A stretch of 42,474 nt of DNA from a virus (Duplodnaviria > Caudoviricetes): positions 1 through 42,474 of the IMG/VR virus record IMGVR_UViG_3300037243_000174, one strand, 5' to 3'. Under the pieces are notes generated by a model that worked only from the letters and a program-made list of their open reading frames with translations, ran no database searches and was not told the origin of the DNA. The translations under genes were made by a program, and so were the position numbers. Shown here in pieces: positions 8,181 through 15,614 of this stretch. Position 1 is the stretch's first letter. Each line of letters opens with the position of its first letter.

Positions 8181-9393
8181 CTTCGCCCTCTACCTTGGCG
8201 GGGGAAGTTGCGACGATCGGGTGCGCCCGGCGCCAGCGAAACCGCTTGCCCGAGTTCTGCTCCTGGTGGTGCTGCGGGCAGGCGGGCCAGTTGATCGCCG
8301 GGTCCTTGGGGCAGCCGCAGCGGTAGCACTTGCCCTTCCGTTTGAACCGCAGGTAGCGCCGGTGCTGGTAGTCCTTGGAGTAGGCGGCCCGTTCCTCCTT
8401 GGTCATCCGGGCCTGGGCGGCGATGGCCTTCCAGATCCGCTGGCCAATGGTCGTCTCCCACAGGGTGAGCGCTTCCTCCCGGTGCATATGACAGAGGTAG
8501 TCCCCGTGCTTGTAGGGGTTATCGCAGCGCAGGCAGAGCCCCTGCTGCTGGCGACTCTGTTTCACCGCGCGGTAGCGCTGGGCGATCTTCTGTTTGCACT
8601 CAGGACAGCGGGTGCCCTTCTCGGGGAGCGGGTTCTTCCAGCAGGCCCGGCAGGGGGCGAAGCCCAAGCGGACGGTGGCAGCCGCGTAGTTATGCGCGTA
8701 GTGCTCTCGCTGCAGCTGAGTCCTGCACCCGGGACGATGACACACGTCGGGGACGGTTCGCCCTTTACCCTCGTAGGGAGGAATCTTGGCCCCACAGAAC
8801 CGGCAGGCCAGCTTGCCGTCCAATAGGTCCTGGTAGCGCTGACTGACGGGCCACTGGCGCCAGCTGGGGGGTCGGAACGGCGGCACCGGTAGGGTGGGAT
8901 TCTGGGGCACCGCCACCAGCGGCAGGAGGTGGAGTGGCAGGTAGCAGCTCGGGCTCGGCCACTCCTTGGCCTCTGGGGTCATCTGCCGATCCCCGCTGCC
9001 CTCCAGCACCCAGATCGGCCGGAACCCCAACAGGGCCAGACGGACCAGCACCTCCGCTCCGATCCTGGCGTGGTAGCCCTTCTCTAGGATGCAGGTGGAC
9101 CCCTCGGTACGGTGGAGCAACCGGCCAAACTGGGTCAGGGTCAGGCCCAGGAGATCCTGGATATGGGCGATCCGGGCACCGATCGCCGCCGTCGGCCGGG
9201 GGCGGGGCGGCCGCTGAAAGGAACGGACCGGCGGGGGTGGGTCGGGCTTCAAGGCCCCGGCCTGATCTAGGACCCTGACCACCTCGGCCCGGGTCCGGAG
9301 CGACCACCGGATCAGGTTCTTGATGGTGGCTTGGGTGGGGTGCTTGCGGTAGCGGGAGACCATTTCGGCCTTCACGGACGGGGTCAGTTTCAT
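8143..9393 (-). CDS. HTH-containing, multi-CxxC/CxxH zinc-finger DNA-binding protein (~416 aa)
   Basis: Start moved to ATG 9393, which forms an ATGA overlap with the upstream stop; Xre-like IGARIAHIQDLLGLTLTQFGRLL; CRFC, CHRPGC, CRAC, CPEC, CLRC, CHMH, CYRC, CPQH; very basic. Confidence 0.8.
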   Translation of the reverse strand: MKLTPSVKAEMVSRYRKHPTQATIKNLIRWSLRTRAEVVRVLDQAGALKPDPPPPVRSFQRPPRPRPTAAIGARIAHIQDLLGLTLTQFGRLLHRTEGSTCILEKGYHARIGAEVLVRLALLGFRPIWVLEGSGDRQMTPEAKEWPSPSCYLPLHLLPLVAVPQNPTLPVPPFRPPSWRQWPVSQRYQDLLDGKLACRFCGAKIPPYEGKGRTVPDVCHRPGCRTQLQREHYAHNYAAATVRLGFAPCRACWKNPLPEKGTRCPECKQKIAQRYRAVKQSRQQQGLCLRCDNPYKHGDYLCHMHREEALTLWETTIGQRIWKAIAAQARMTKEERAAYSKDYQHRRYLRFKRKGKCYRCGCPKDPAINWPACPQHHQEQNSGKRFRWRRAHPIVATSPAKVEGEDDRGRSHEAGPT

Positions 9394-9833
9394 GCTGGCG
9401 GCTCCAGTCGCTTGCGGTAGACCCACAAGGTGGTGGGGTGGATTCGTAGCCGGGCGGCCAGGTGCTGCCACTGCAGATCACAGCGCCGGGATAGGCCGAT
9501 CAGGGTGCGCACTTGGGCCTCCCGTTCACCCCGTTCGTGACCGTGACCGGGACTATCGATCCCGGCCCGGCCCAGGGCATCCCGCACGGCGTAGAAGCTG
9601 CATCCCATGGTCCGGGCCGTATGATCCATGGAGCGGAGCTGCTGGAACGCGGCCACGATCTCGGCGTCGGTGCGGTACATCGCCTCAGGACCCCGGGTGA
9701 TGGCCCCGGCACGCCATAGCCGGGCGTAGACGGCGCCGGTGGTCAGACCGTAGTCCGCCGCAATCTCAGCGATCGGGGTATGTCGGATCTGGTATAGGCT
9801 GATGATGACCTCGGTCTCGGGGTAATGGTCCAT
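9390..9833 (-). CDS. Tandem helix-turn-helix DNA-binding protein (147 aa)
   Basis: Three HTH-like units: IAEIAADYGLTTGAVYARL, MDHTARTMGCSFYAVRDAL, WQHLAARLRIHPTTLWVYR. Confidence 0.82.
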   Translation of the reverse strand: MDHYPETEVIISLYQIRHTPIAEIAADYGLTTGAVYARLWRAGAITRGPEAMYRTDAEIVAAFQQLRSMDHTARTMGCSFYAVRDALGRAGIDSPGHGHERGEREAQVRTLIGLSRRCDLQWQHLAARLRIHPTTLWVYRKRLEPPA

Positions 9834-9839
9834 ACCTCT

Positions 9840-9845
9840 ATGATA
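9840..9845 (-). promoter_or_regulatory. Possible -10 box (TATCAT) for a leaderless transcript of the HTH gene
   Basis: TATCAT sits 6 nt before ATG 9833 in a 112-nt intergenic gap; no clear -35. Confidence 0.3.
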
Positions 9846-9945
9846 GCGGGCGGCTACTCGTTCACGGCCTGGGGCAGACGACGCTTCTTTGGGGGCATAA
9901 GCCCAAAGTGTCTTAGATACGACCTCACCGCCTGGACACCTAGTC

Positions 9946-12900
9946 CTACCTCGCAGGAAATGTCCTCTGTCTCAACTCGACCTCTTTGAACAGCTTACCC
10001 CAACTCTGGGGTCCGGCAAATAGGATCAAGGTCCCGGGGAACCGATCGGCTCCGTTCCAGGTGTGGTCGTCAAGCAGCAGGTCCTGGGGCCTACCCACGG
10101 CCCCCTTGTCCTTCACCAGCTGGACGTGCCCAGGAGGTACGCTGGGGAACTCCTCCGCCATCCATTCCCGCTTCTCCTGGCAGGATTCCTCCCAGCGGTC
10201 ATCAGCGGGCTTGCTCAGGATGTAGACGGCCCCCGGGGCCATGCGCTGCAGCTTGGCCACCGCTTCCTTGGCCCCGGGCAGCACCTCCAGGTGGCGGAAG
10301 GCACCGGGCACGTTGAGCCATTCGTCGGGGGGGACCCCGGCCTCCTTGGCCGCCTTTGAATAAGCCGCGAGGGTGTCGTCCAGGTCGAGGTAGACCCGGA
10401 ACCCCCGGGCCAACTTGCTGCGCTTGTGCATAAGGTTGTAGGGTAGGTGCTTCCGAGCCCATCGGGCCGCTTCTGATACCTCGCCGGGGTCCAGGGGGCG
10501 TCCCACCCCTTTCGTGATCACCGAGAGATCGATGGGGCGCGGAATGGTTCCAGCACATCCACGGCTCAGATCAGCCAGGGTCGCCTCCCCCCTGGCGTCG
10601 ATCCCCATCCCCGACTCTGCGTCATAAACGAAGGCGTGGTGGCAGTCCCCACCCTCAGCGGGTGACCCGTCGCCATCGTCGAATAGGCCGTACATGGGGA
10701 GGCCGGTGATTCGGTGCAGAGCCACCGCCATGTCGAAACACCGGCCCCGCATCCACTCCCCAGCGTAGTCGGCCACCTTTGGCCGTAGCAGCTTGGCTCG
10801 TTTGCGCACAGGGACCTCTTCCTCTGATGGTAGCTGCTGGCTGGCCACCAAGCGCGCGTCGCCCTGGTCGAAGCTTCCTGAGTTCTCGACCCCCTTGATC
10901 TGGGTCGGCTCGAACACGACATAGACGTCCATGGGGTTGGGGTCCTCGGTGTTGAGGATGACCGCGCCGTCGTGCCCGCCCTCCTTGGCGTCGGCGATGA
11001 CCTCGGCGAACGACCGGCCGAGGCGACGCCCCTGGTGGTCCTCGACCAGCGGGTTGAGCATCCGCAGGTAGACGTCCTTGATCTCGCTGGTGCCCCAGTC
11101 GGGGGTGAAGTCCTGGATGGTGTTCAGGATCTGCTGGATGATCTCGATGGTTTTGCCCCCACCGGCGACCGACTGCTCCGCCTTCTGGACCGCCTGCAGC
11201 TCCCACTTCTTGGGCTTGGCCTTGCGCTCGACGTCGGCCTTGTAGCGCCCCGCCAGCTGCTGGTAGACCTCGAGCCGATCCCGCATCGAGCCGACGACCG
11301 CTTCCCGGACCTGATCTGCCGTCGGGTTCTTGGGCAACCGCTGGCGCCAGTCCCCGGCCATGAACAAGGTCCCTTCGGAGTAGCCGGTGTAGATCTTGCC
11401 GGTCAAGCCCTGGGCGTAGAGCGCCTCCCGGATCTTGGTCTCGGCTTGGCGCAGAGCGGTGCCGGTGGGGTCGGTCATGTTGGCGTAGGTCGCGGCCGCC
11501 TCCAGGTCCGGGGTGAAGAAGAAGCCCAGCTTGGAGCTGGGGGAGCCGGTGTTGCTACCCAAGGCTTTCGGGTCGAAGGCGTCGAAGCCACCCTTGGGGG
11601 TGCCGTGGTGGAACACCATGGGCTGGCCCGTACTGTCGACCGTCTTGCTGGCCCCGAACCAACGCCAGAAGTTGGCGATGCCTTCAGGGGTTGGGTGGAT
11701 GGGGGCACCGGCCGCGTTGGTGGCACCAGATCCGGCCGCCACCTTCGGCTGCAGCAGCTTGGCCCTCACCTGCACCATTCGGGGTGCTCGGTGTACATCT
11801 TGATCCGCGCCCAATACATTCTTTCGGCGAAGGTCTGCGACTTCGGGGTGCTCTCCGAGGAATTTGGTGTAGATGTACCCGAGGTCTCGGAGGACGTAAC
11901 GAACTGACTTTGGTCCGAGTTGCTGGGCAATTTCTGAGAATCCGTCGTATCCATGGATGAATGCCTCCGGCGTAAGTTTAGGATTCTGTTCGAGTTCGCT
12001 GGCGAATAGGTCGGCCATCTCGGCCCCATACGCTTTTCCCTCGTCGCGATCAGTTGGGGAGGGGGTGTGCGCCCCGAATGCCTCTAGTCCCTGGAATGCG
12101 CACTGATACATGTGAGCAAACTCGTGGATCAGGTTGTCCATCACGTAGCTCTTTACCGCGAGGGATAGGCTTACCGCTTCTTCACGTGAGGTGTCCCCGA
12201 ACACGTTCACAACAATCTGACGGCGCGAGGCGTCGAAGTGCCCCGGTGTGTCCGATGGGTCAGCCTTGCGGAGCCGAAGGATCACGTACAGGGGGTCTTG
12301 TCCCAGCTTGTTGGCGATCTCGGGCGCGGTCCGCTGTATGCAAGGAAACGCATCCACCGAGGCAGATACCCCGACGCGGGGAGACGACATCAAACGGCTC
12401 CACTGATCTGGTGAGGTGGACCGGGCCACTTCACTCAGTGCCGTAAGCAGGTTTGAGCGAATCTCCTGCACCATAGCCTCTGGAACCTGGATCGGCCGGG
12501 CCACCTTCGGCTGCAGCAGCTTGGCGGTCCGCCCAGCCACCGTGTTGTTCCAGAGCCACTTCAGGTAGGTCTGCACCTCGTACACGTCGGGGCTGACCCG
12601 GCCCGGGTTGTAGATCACGTCGTTCAGGTTCAGCTTGGGCAGGGACTCGCGCAGCTCGTCACCGTCCGGCATCGTCGCCCGCCGGAACTCGATGCCTGCC
12701 TCCCGCACCTGCTTCAGCTGCTCCATCTCCTGGTCGTTCAGCTTGCGGCCCAGGGCCCAGGCGTTCACCACGGCGGGCTCACCGGTGGCGCCGCGCTTGG
12801 GGTTGATCATGATCAGGGTCCACGGCCGTGACGGGGCCTTGCGGGTCTTCCGGTCCCCGGCCAGGAAGCTGGCGAACAGGTTCTCCGCTCCCTGCGCTCC

Positions 12901-14919
12901 GGCGATCGCCGCCTGCAGGGCCTCGGTCTCCTGCTTGGTGACCGGGCTGCTCCACTCGGGCCCCTTGGCGTGCGGCTGGGTCAGGAACCGGTTCGTGGTC
13001 TTCACCACGTAGGCCTTGGCGAAGCTCTCCTGGACGTAGTCATCCATCCTCAGGATGATCTTCGAGGAAACCGTGGGGGCCCAGCAGTAGGCGGGCCGAG
13101 GGTGGCTCGGGATCTGCAGGATGAACAGGTAGGCCGGGCGGGACTCCCACTCCAGCTGGTTCATGTCGCTGGTCTGGGTCACGAAGCCCGCACCGTAGCG
13201 CGCGTTGATCTTCTCGGCCTCGGCCTGCCAGTAGGTGCCGTGGCCATCGCCGATCCCGGCCAGGGCCTCCTGCGCCTCCTTGAGCGGCTTGCCGACCACC
13301 ATGACGTGGATTGCCACGTGATGGCAGACCTCATGCGCCACCACCTTGCGCAGGTGGTTCAGGTCCACCGCCAGCCCTTTCTGCAGGGTGATGTCGGAGT
13401 TGGCACCGGTGACGATGTCCTGGTTGAGGTTGAGCGAGTTGGTATGGCACAGGCCCAGGGTGTTGCTGGAGTTGCTGACGTAGCGGATCTTGGGGGGTGT
13501 GCACTTCCCCTCGGGGTCCAGGGCGGTCAGGAACTCCTGCATGATGGGCTGGAGGTCGGGGATCTTAGGGGCGGCGGCCTTCGGCTGCAGTAGCTTCGCC
13601 ATCTTGCCGTGCCACAGCTCAGTCACCTTGTTGGTCGCCAGGAAGTCGGCCAGTGGAAGGTCGGCTGTACGGTTGGCATCTCCGCGCTCCTCGCAGTAGA
13701 CCCGAGTGCGGGGGACCAGGTTCTGCTCCTGCAGGAACGCCTGGAACTTCTCGAACTGAAGCTTGGGGATTTTCCAGGCACAAATGACCGCCTCACCGTC
13801 GGTGATGGCGACGCGTGACCACCCCTTATCCATCAGCGTTTTAGTGAAATCGACGTCGTCCATGGCTCCCTGGGTGATGGCTCCTCCCCCGGGCTCCACC
13901 GAGTCCGCGACCTGCTCGTGCGCGGGATCTCCGATCCAGTAGCCCAGCACGTTTGCGGCGTGCTCCTGATGGCCCCATCTCGCTTCCTCAATCTCACCAG
14001 CCGGGTCCATCCAGAACTCGCCGGTAAGATTGTGGGAGGCGGTCTTGTCCTTCGCCTTGGGCAGATCCTTCAGCCTATCCTCCAACTCGGGCACCTGGTG
14101 GTCCTGCAAGCCGTCTACGAGCTTCGCGGCCTCTGCCAGGGCGTTGGGGGGCACCTCACCGGCTTCGGCCCTCCAGGCGTCAACCACGGGCTCCCATAGG
14201 TCCTTCCTGAGCTTCGCCAGGGTCTCGTCATCCGGGACCTCCTCCCGGTCGTTCTCGAAGCTGGGCTGGGGGATGATCACGACCTCGTCAGCCTTCTCCG
14301 CGTCCACGATCCCCAGGTCGTAAACCCGGGCCCACATGTCCACCATCGGCACGCTGACCAGGATGTCCTCCGGCTGGGCGATGGCGGTGACCAGGCGCCG
14401 GTCGACGTCCCCGAACACCTTGGCGTCGTAGATGTCCGTGCTCCAGGCGCTGGCGAAGTCGTATTGCTCCTTCCAGCCGTCCTCCCCCTGCAGCTTCTCG
14501 TTCCGGAACACCCGGACTGCCTCGGTGGGCCGGAACGGGGCCAGCAGGTCGGCCATGCTGAGCAGGCGCTGGGTGATGTCCTCCCGGTCGGCGTCGAACG
14601 AAACCCAGAACCGGGCCAGATGGCGGACTCGTAGGACATCCACCTCGGTCGGGATGGTGCGATCGGACTGGGAGACCCAGTTCGTGGGATCTTCGCCTTT
14701 GATTCGCTTGAACTCCGCTACGGCCTCCGCCGCGAAGGTCCGGTGCAGGAACGCGACCAGAACGGAGCGCTGGCCCAGGGATGCCACCCGGGCGGCCCGG
14801 GTCGCGCCCGCTCCGGCAGTCAGGCGCAGAGGACCCGCCACGGCCAGCTGGGCCGCCTTGGCGTTGAGGCCCTGCTGAACGGCGGCGAGCATGAGTTCGC
14901 TGGGGGAGGACATTTTCAT
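9946..14919 (-). CDS. Polyvalent protein C (~1657 aa): R-S-E ART-like, W..P.G..H domain, SprT-like peptidase, HExxH zincin, ART-PolyVal-like with insertion, Cys-His-Asp domain, HAD 5'(3')-deoxyribonucleotidase-like
   Basis: Start moved to ATG 14919, just after the upstream stop. VFR..SAWST..EKADEVV; AHEVCHH...GHGTYWQ (13321-13335); HEFAH (12112-12126); NFWRWFGASKTVD..FHHGT..GFFFT..GHDG; GRCFDMAVALH..HAFV..IDARG; YLDLDDTL..ILSKP..EKREW..LLLDD. Confidence 0.92.
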   Translation of the reverse strand: MKMSSPSELMLAAVQQGLNAKAAQLAVAGPLRLTAGAGATRAARVASLGQRSVLVAFLHRTFAAEAVAEFKRIKGEDPTNWVSQSDRTIPTEVDVLRVRHLARFWVSFDADREDITQRLLSMADLLAPFRPTEAVRVFRNEKLQGEDGWKEQYDFASAWSTDIYDAKVFGDVDRRLVTAIAQPEDILVSVPMVDMWARVYDLGIVDAEKADEVVIIPQPSFENDREEVPDDETLAKLRKDLWEPVVDAWRAEAGEVPPNALAEAAKLVDGLQDHQVPELEDRLKDLPKAKDKTASHNLTGEFWMDPAGEIEEARWGHQEHAANVLGYWIGDPAHEQVADSVEPGGGAITQGAMDDVDFTKTLMDKGWSRVAITDGEAVICAWKIPKLQFEKFQAFLQEQNLVPRTRVYCEERGDANRTADLPLADFLATNKVTELWHGKMAKLLQPKAAAPKIPDLQPIMQEFLTALDPEGKCTPPKIRYVSNSSNTLGLCHTNSLNLNQDIVTGANSDITLQKGLAVDLNHLRKVVAHEVCHHVAIHVMVVGKPLKEAQEALAGIGDGHGTYWQAEAEKINARYGAGFVTQTSDMNQLEWESRPAYLFILQIPSHPRPAYCWAPTVSSKIILRMDDYVQESFAKAYVVKTTNRFLTQPHAKGPEWSSPVTKQETEALQAAIAGAQGAENLFASFLAGDRKTRKAPSRPWTLIMINPKRGATGEPAVVNAWALGRKLNDQEMEQLKQVREAGIEFRRATMPDGDELRESLPKLNLNDVIYNPGRVSPDVYEVQTYLKWLWNNTVAGRTAKLLQPKVARPIQVPEAMVQEIRSNLLTALSEVARSTSPDQWSRLMSSPRVGVSASVDAFPCIQRTAPEIANKLGQDPLYVILRLRKADPSDTPGHFDASRRQIVVNVFGDTSREEAVSLSLAVKSYVMDNLIHEFAHMYQCAFQGLEAFGAHTPSPTDRDEGKAYGAEMADLFASELEQNPKLTPEAFIHGYDGFSEIAQQLGPKSVRYVLRDLGYIYTKFLGEHPEVADLRRKNVLGADQDVHRAPRMVQVRAKLLQPKVAAGSGATNAAGAPIHPTPEGIANFWRWFGASKTVDSTGQPMVFHHGTPKGGFDAFDPKALGSNTGSPSSKLGFFFTPDLEAAATYANMTDPTGTALRQAETKIREALYAQGLTGKIYTGYSEGTLFMAGDWRQRLPKNPTADQVREAVVGSMRDRLEVYQQLAGRYKADVERKAKPKKWELQAVQKAEQSVAGGGKTIEIIQQILNTIQDFTPDWGTSEIKDVYLRMLNPLVEDHQGRRLGRSFAEVIADAKEGGHDGAVILNTEDPNPMDVYVVFEPTQIKGVENSGSFDQGDARLVASQQLPSEEEVPVRKRAKLLRPKVADYAGEWMRGRCFDMAVALHRITGLPMYGLFDDGDGSPAEGGDCHHAFVYDAESGMGIDARGEATLADLSRGCAGTIPRPIDLSVITKGVGRPLDPGEVSEAARWARKHLPYNLMHKRSKLARGFRVYLDLDDTLAAYSKAAKEAGVPPDEWLNVPGAFRHLEVLPGAKEAVAKLQRMAPGAVYILSKPADDRWEESCQEKREWMAEEFPSVPPGHVQLVKDKGAVGRPQDLLLDDHTWNGADRFPGTLILFAGPQSWGKLFKEVELRQRTFPAR
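10777..10797 (-). repeat. Linker motif variant encoding AKLLRPK
   Basis: GCCAAGCTGCTACGGCCAAAG, between the ART-PolyVal-like and Cys-His-Asp domains. Confidence 0.8.
11743..11763 (-). repeat. 21-nt linker repeat (AKLLQPK), exact copy
   Basis: Identical to the other exact copies; between zincin and ART-PolyVal-like domains. Confidence 0.95.
11766..11954 (-). CDS. Candidate nested +1-frame peptide (62 aa) overlapping the zincin C-terminus and linker of polyprotein C
   Basis: GGAGG SD 9 nt before ATG 11954; ends FAERMYWARIKMYTEHPEWCR with TGA 2 nt before the AKLLQPK repeat. Confidence 0.42.
   Translation of the reverse strand: MDTTDSQKLPSNSDQSQFVTSSETSGTSTPNSSESTPKSQTFAERMYWARIKMYTEHPEWCR
12505..12525 (-). 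repeat. 21-nt linker repeat (AKLLQPK), exact copy
   Basis: Identical to the other exact copies; immediately precedes a zincin domain. Confidence 0.95.
13579..13599 (-). repeat. Linker repeat (AKLLQPK) with two synonymous changes
   Basis: GCGAAGCTACTGCAGCCGAAG; precedes the SprT-like domain. Confidence 0.9.
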
Positions 14920-14932
14920 AGGATACCCGCCC

Positions 14933-15562
14933 TCACATCTGCAAGTCCCACTGGAACACGATGTCAATGGATGCGGGCAGGTAGAAGCTACCGAATGTGG
15001 CGAAATTCAGCATGGTCATACTATCACTGCTGTTTGTCGTCGGGTTCCAGAACGCGGCGGTCAGGGGGTCGGTCCCGGCCCCACTATTAGCTGATTGTAA
15101 TCCTCCGCCCAGCAGTCCCATCTCCATCAGGGGGACATTGATGGCATCGGTGGTGGCGTTGAACGAGGTGAGGAACCGGACCAGGGTGGTCGGGACGGCT
15201 GAGACCGAGCTGTCAGGGTTCAGGAACAGCACCCCGCCGGGCGAGATCAGCGGCTTGCGCTTGACCGGATTGTAGGGTGCGGTCTCCGTGCCCAGGGCAG
15301 CGGGGGGCGGGGTGCTGGAGCTGCTGTTGGCCCAGGCCGAGGCTCCGGCGCCGACCACCAGTCCCCAGACCCCCCAGCAGGGGCCATCTCCCGCCGTCAT
15401 CTGAGGCCAGTTCATCTGGGCCAAGTGGCGGGCGAACAGGTTGCTGGCCCCGGCGACGATGGTATTGTCCTGGTCCAGCAGGACGTAGGCCGGATCATCG
15501 GCACTATAGACCTTGATGTGGCCATGCTTGATTGGACGGGGTGAGGCCAGGTCTTCGCGCAT
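14933..15562 (-). CDS. Phage baseplate/tail-fibre attachment-type structural protein (209 aa)
   Basis: N.IV..A..LFARHL, GLVVGAG, VRFLTSF, LMEMGLLGG, MLNFATF, IVFQWDL pattern typical of phage tail-collar/baseplate proteins; GGAG SD. Confidence 0.75.
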   Translation of the reverse strand: MREDLASPRPIKHGHIKVYSADDPAYVLLDQDNTIVAGASNLFARHLAQMNWPQMTAGDGPCWGVWGLVVGAGASAWANSSSSTPPPAALGTETAPYNPVKRKPLISPGGVLFLNPDSSVSAVPTTLVRFLTSFNATTDAINVPLMEMGLLGGGLQSANSGAGTDPLTAAFWNPTTNSSDSMTMLNFATFGSFYLPASIDIVFQWDLQM

Positions 15563-15614
15563 GTGGTATGTGCTCCACCCTTGGATTGGCTAGAGCGTCG
15601 CCCCGGCTTCGGTG

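Noticed and set aside
1567-13599. CRISPR array or att sites from the 21-nt repeat
   Set aside because: Copies are hundreds to thousands of bases apart, always in frame, tolerate synonymous change; no cas or integrase gene.
10566-14639. Other +1-frame ORFs in polyprotein C (10566-10922, 11475-11726, 14277-14639) as nested genes
   Set aside because: S/T/R/W shadow composition throughout, lie mostly over conserved domains, no convincing SD. They show +1 ORFs arise by chance, which is why the nested-gene confidences are moderate.
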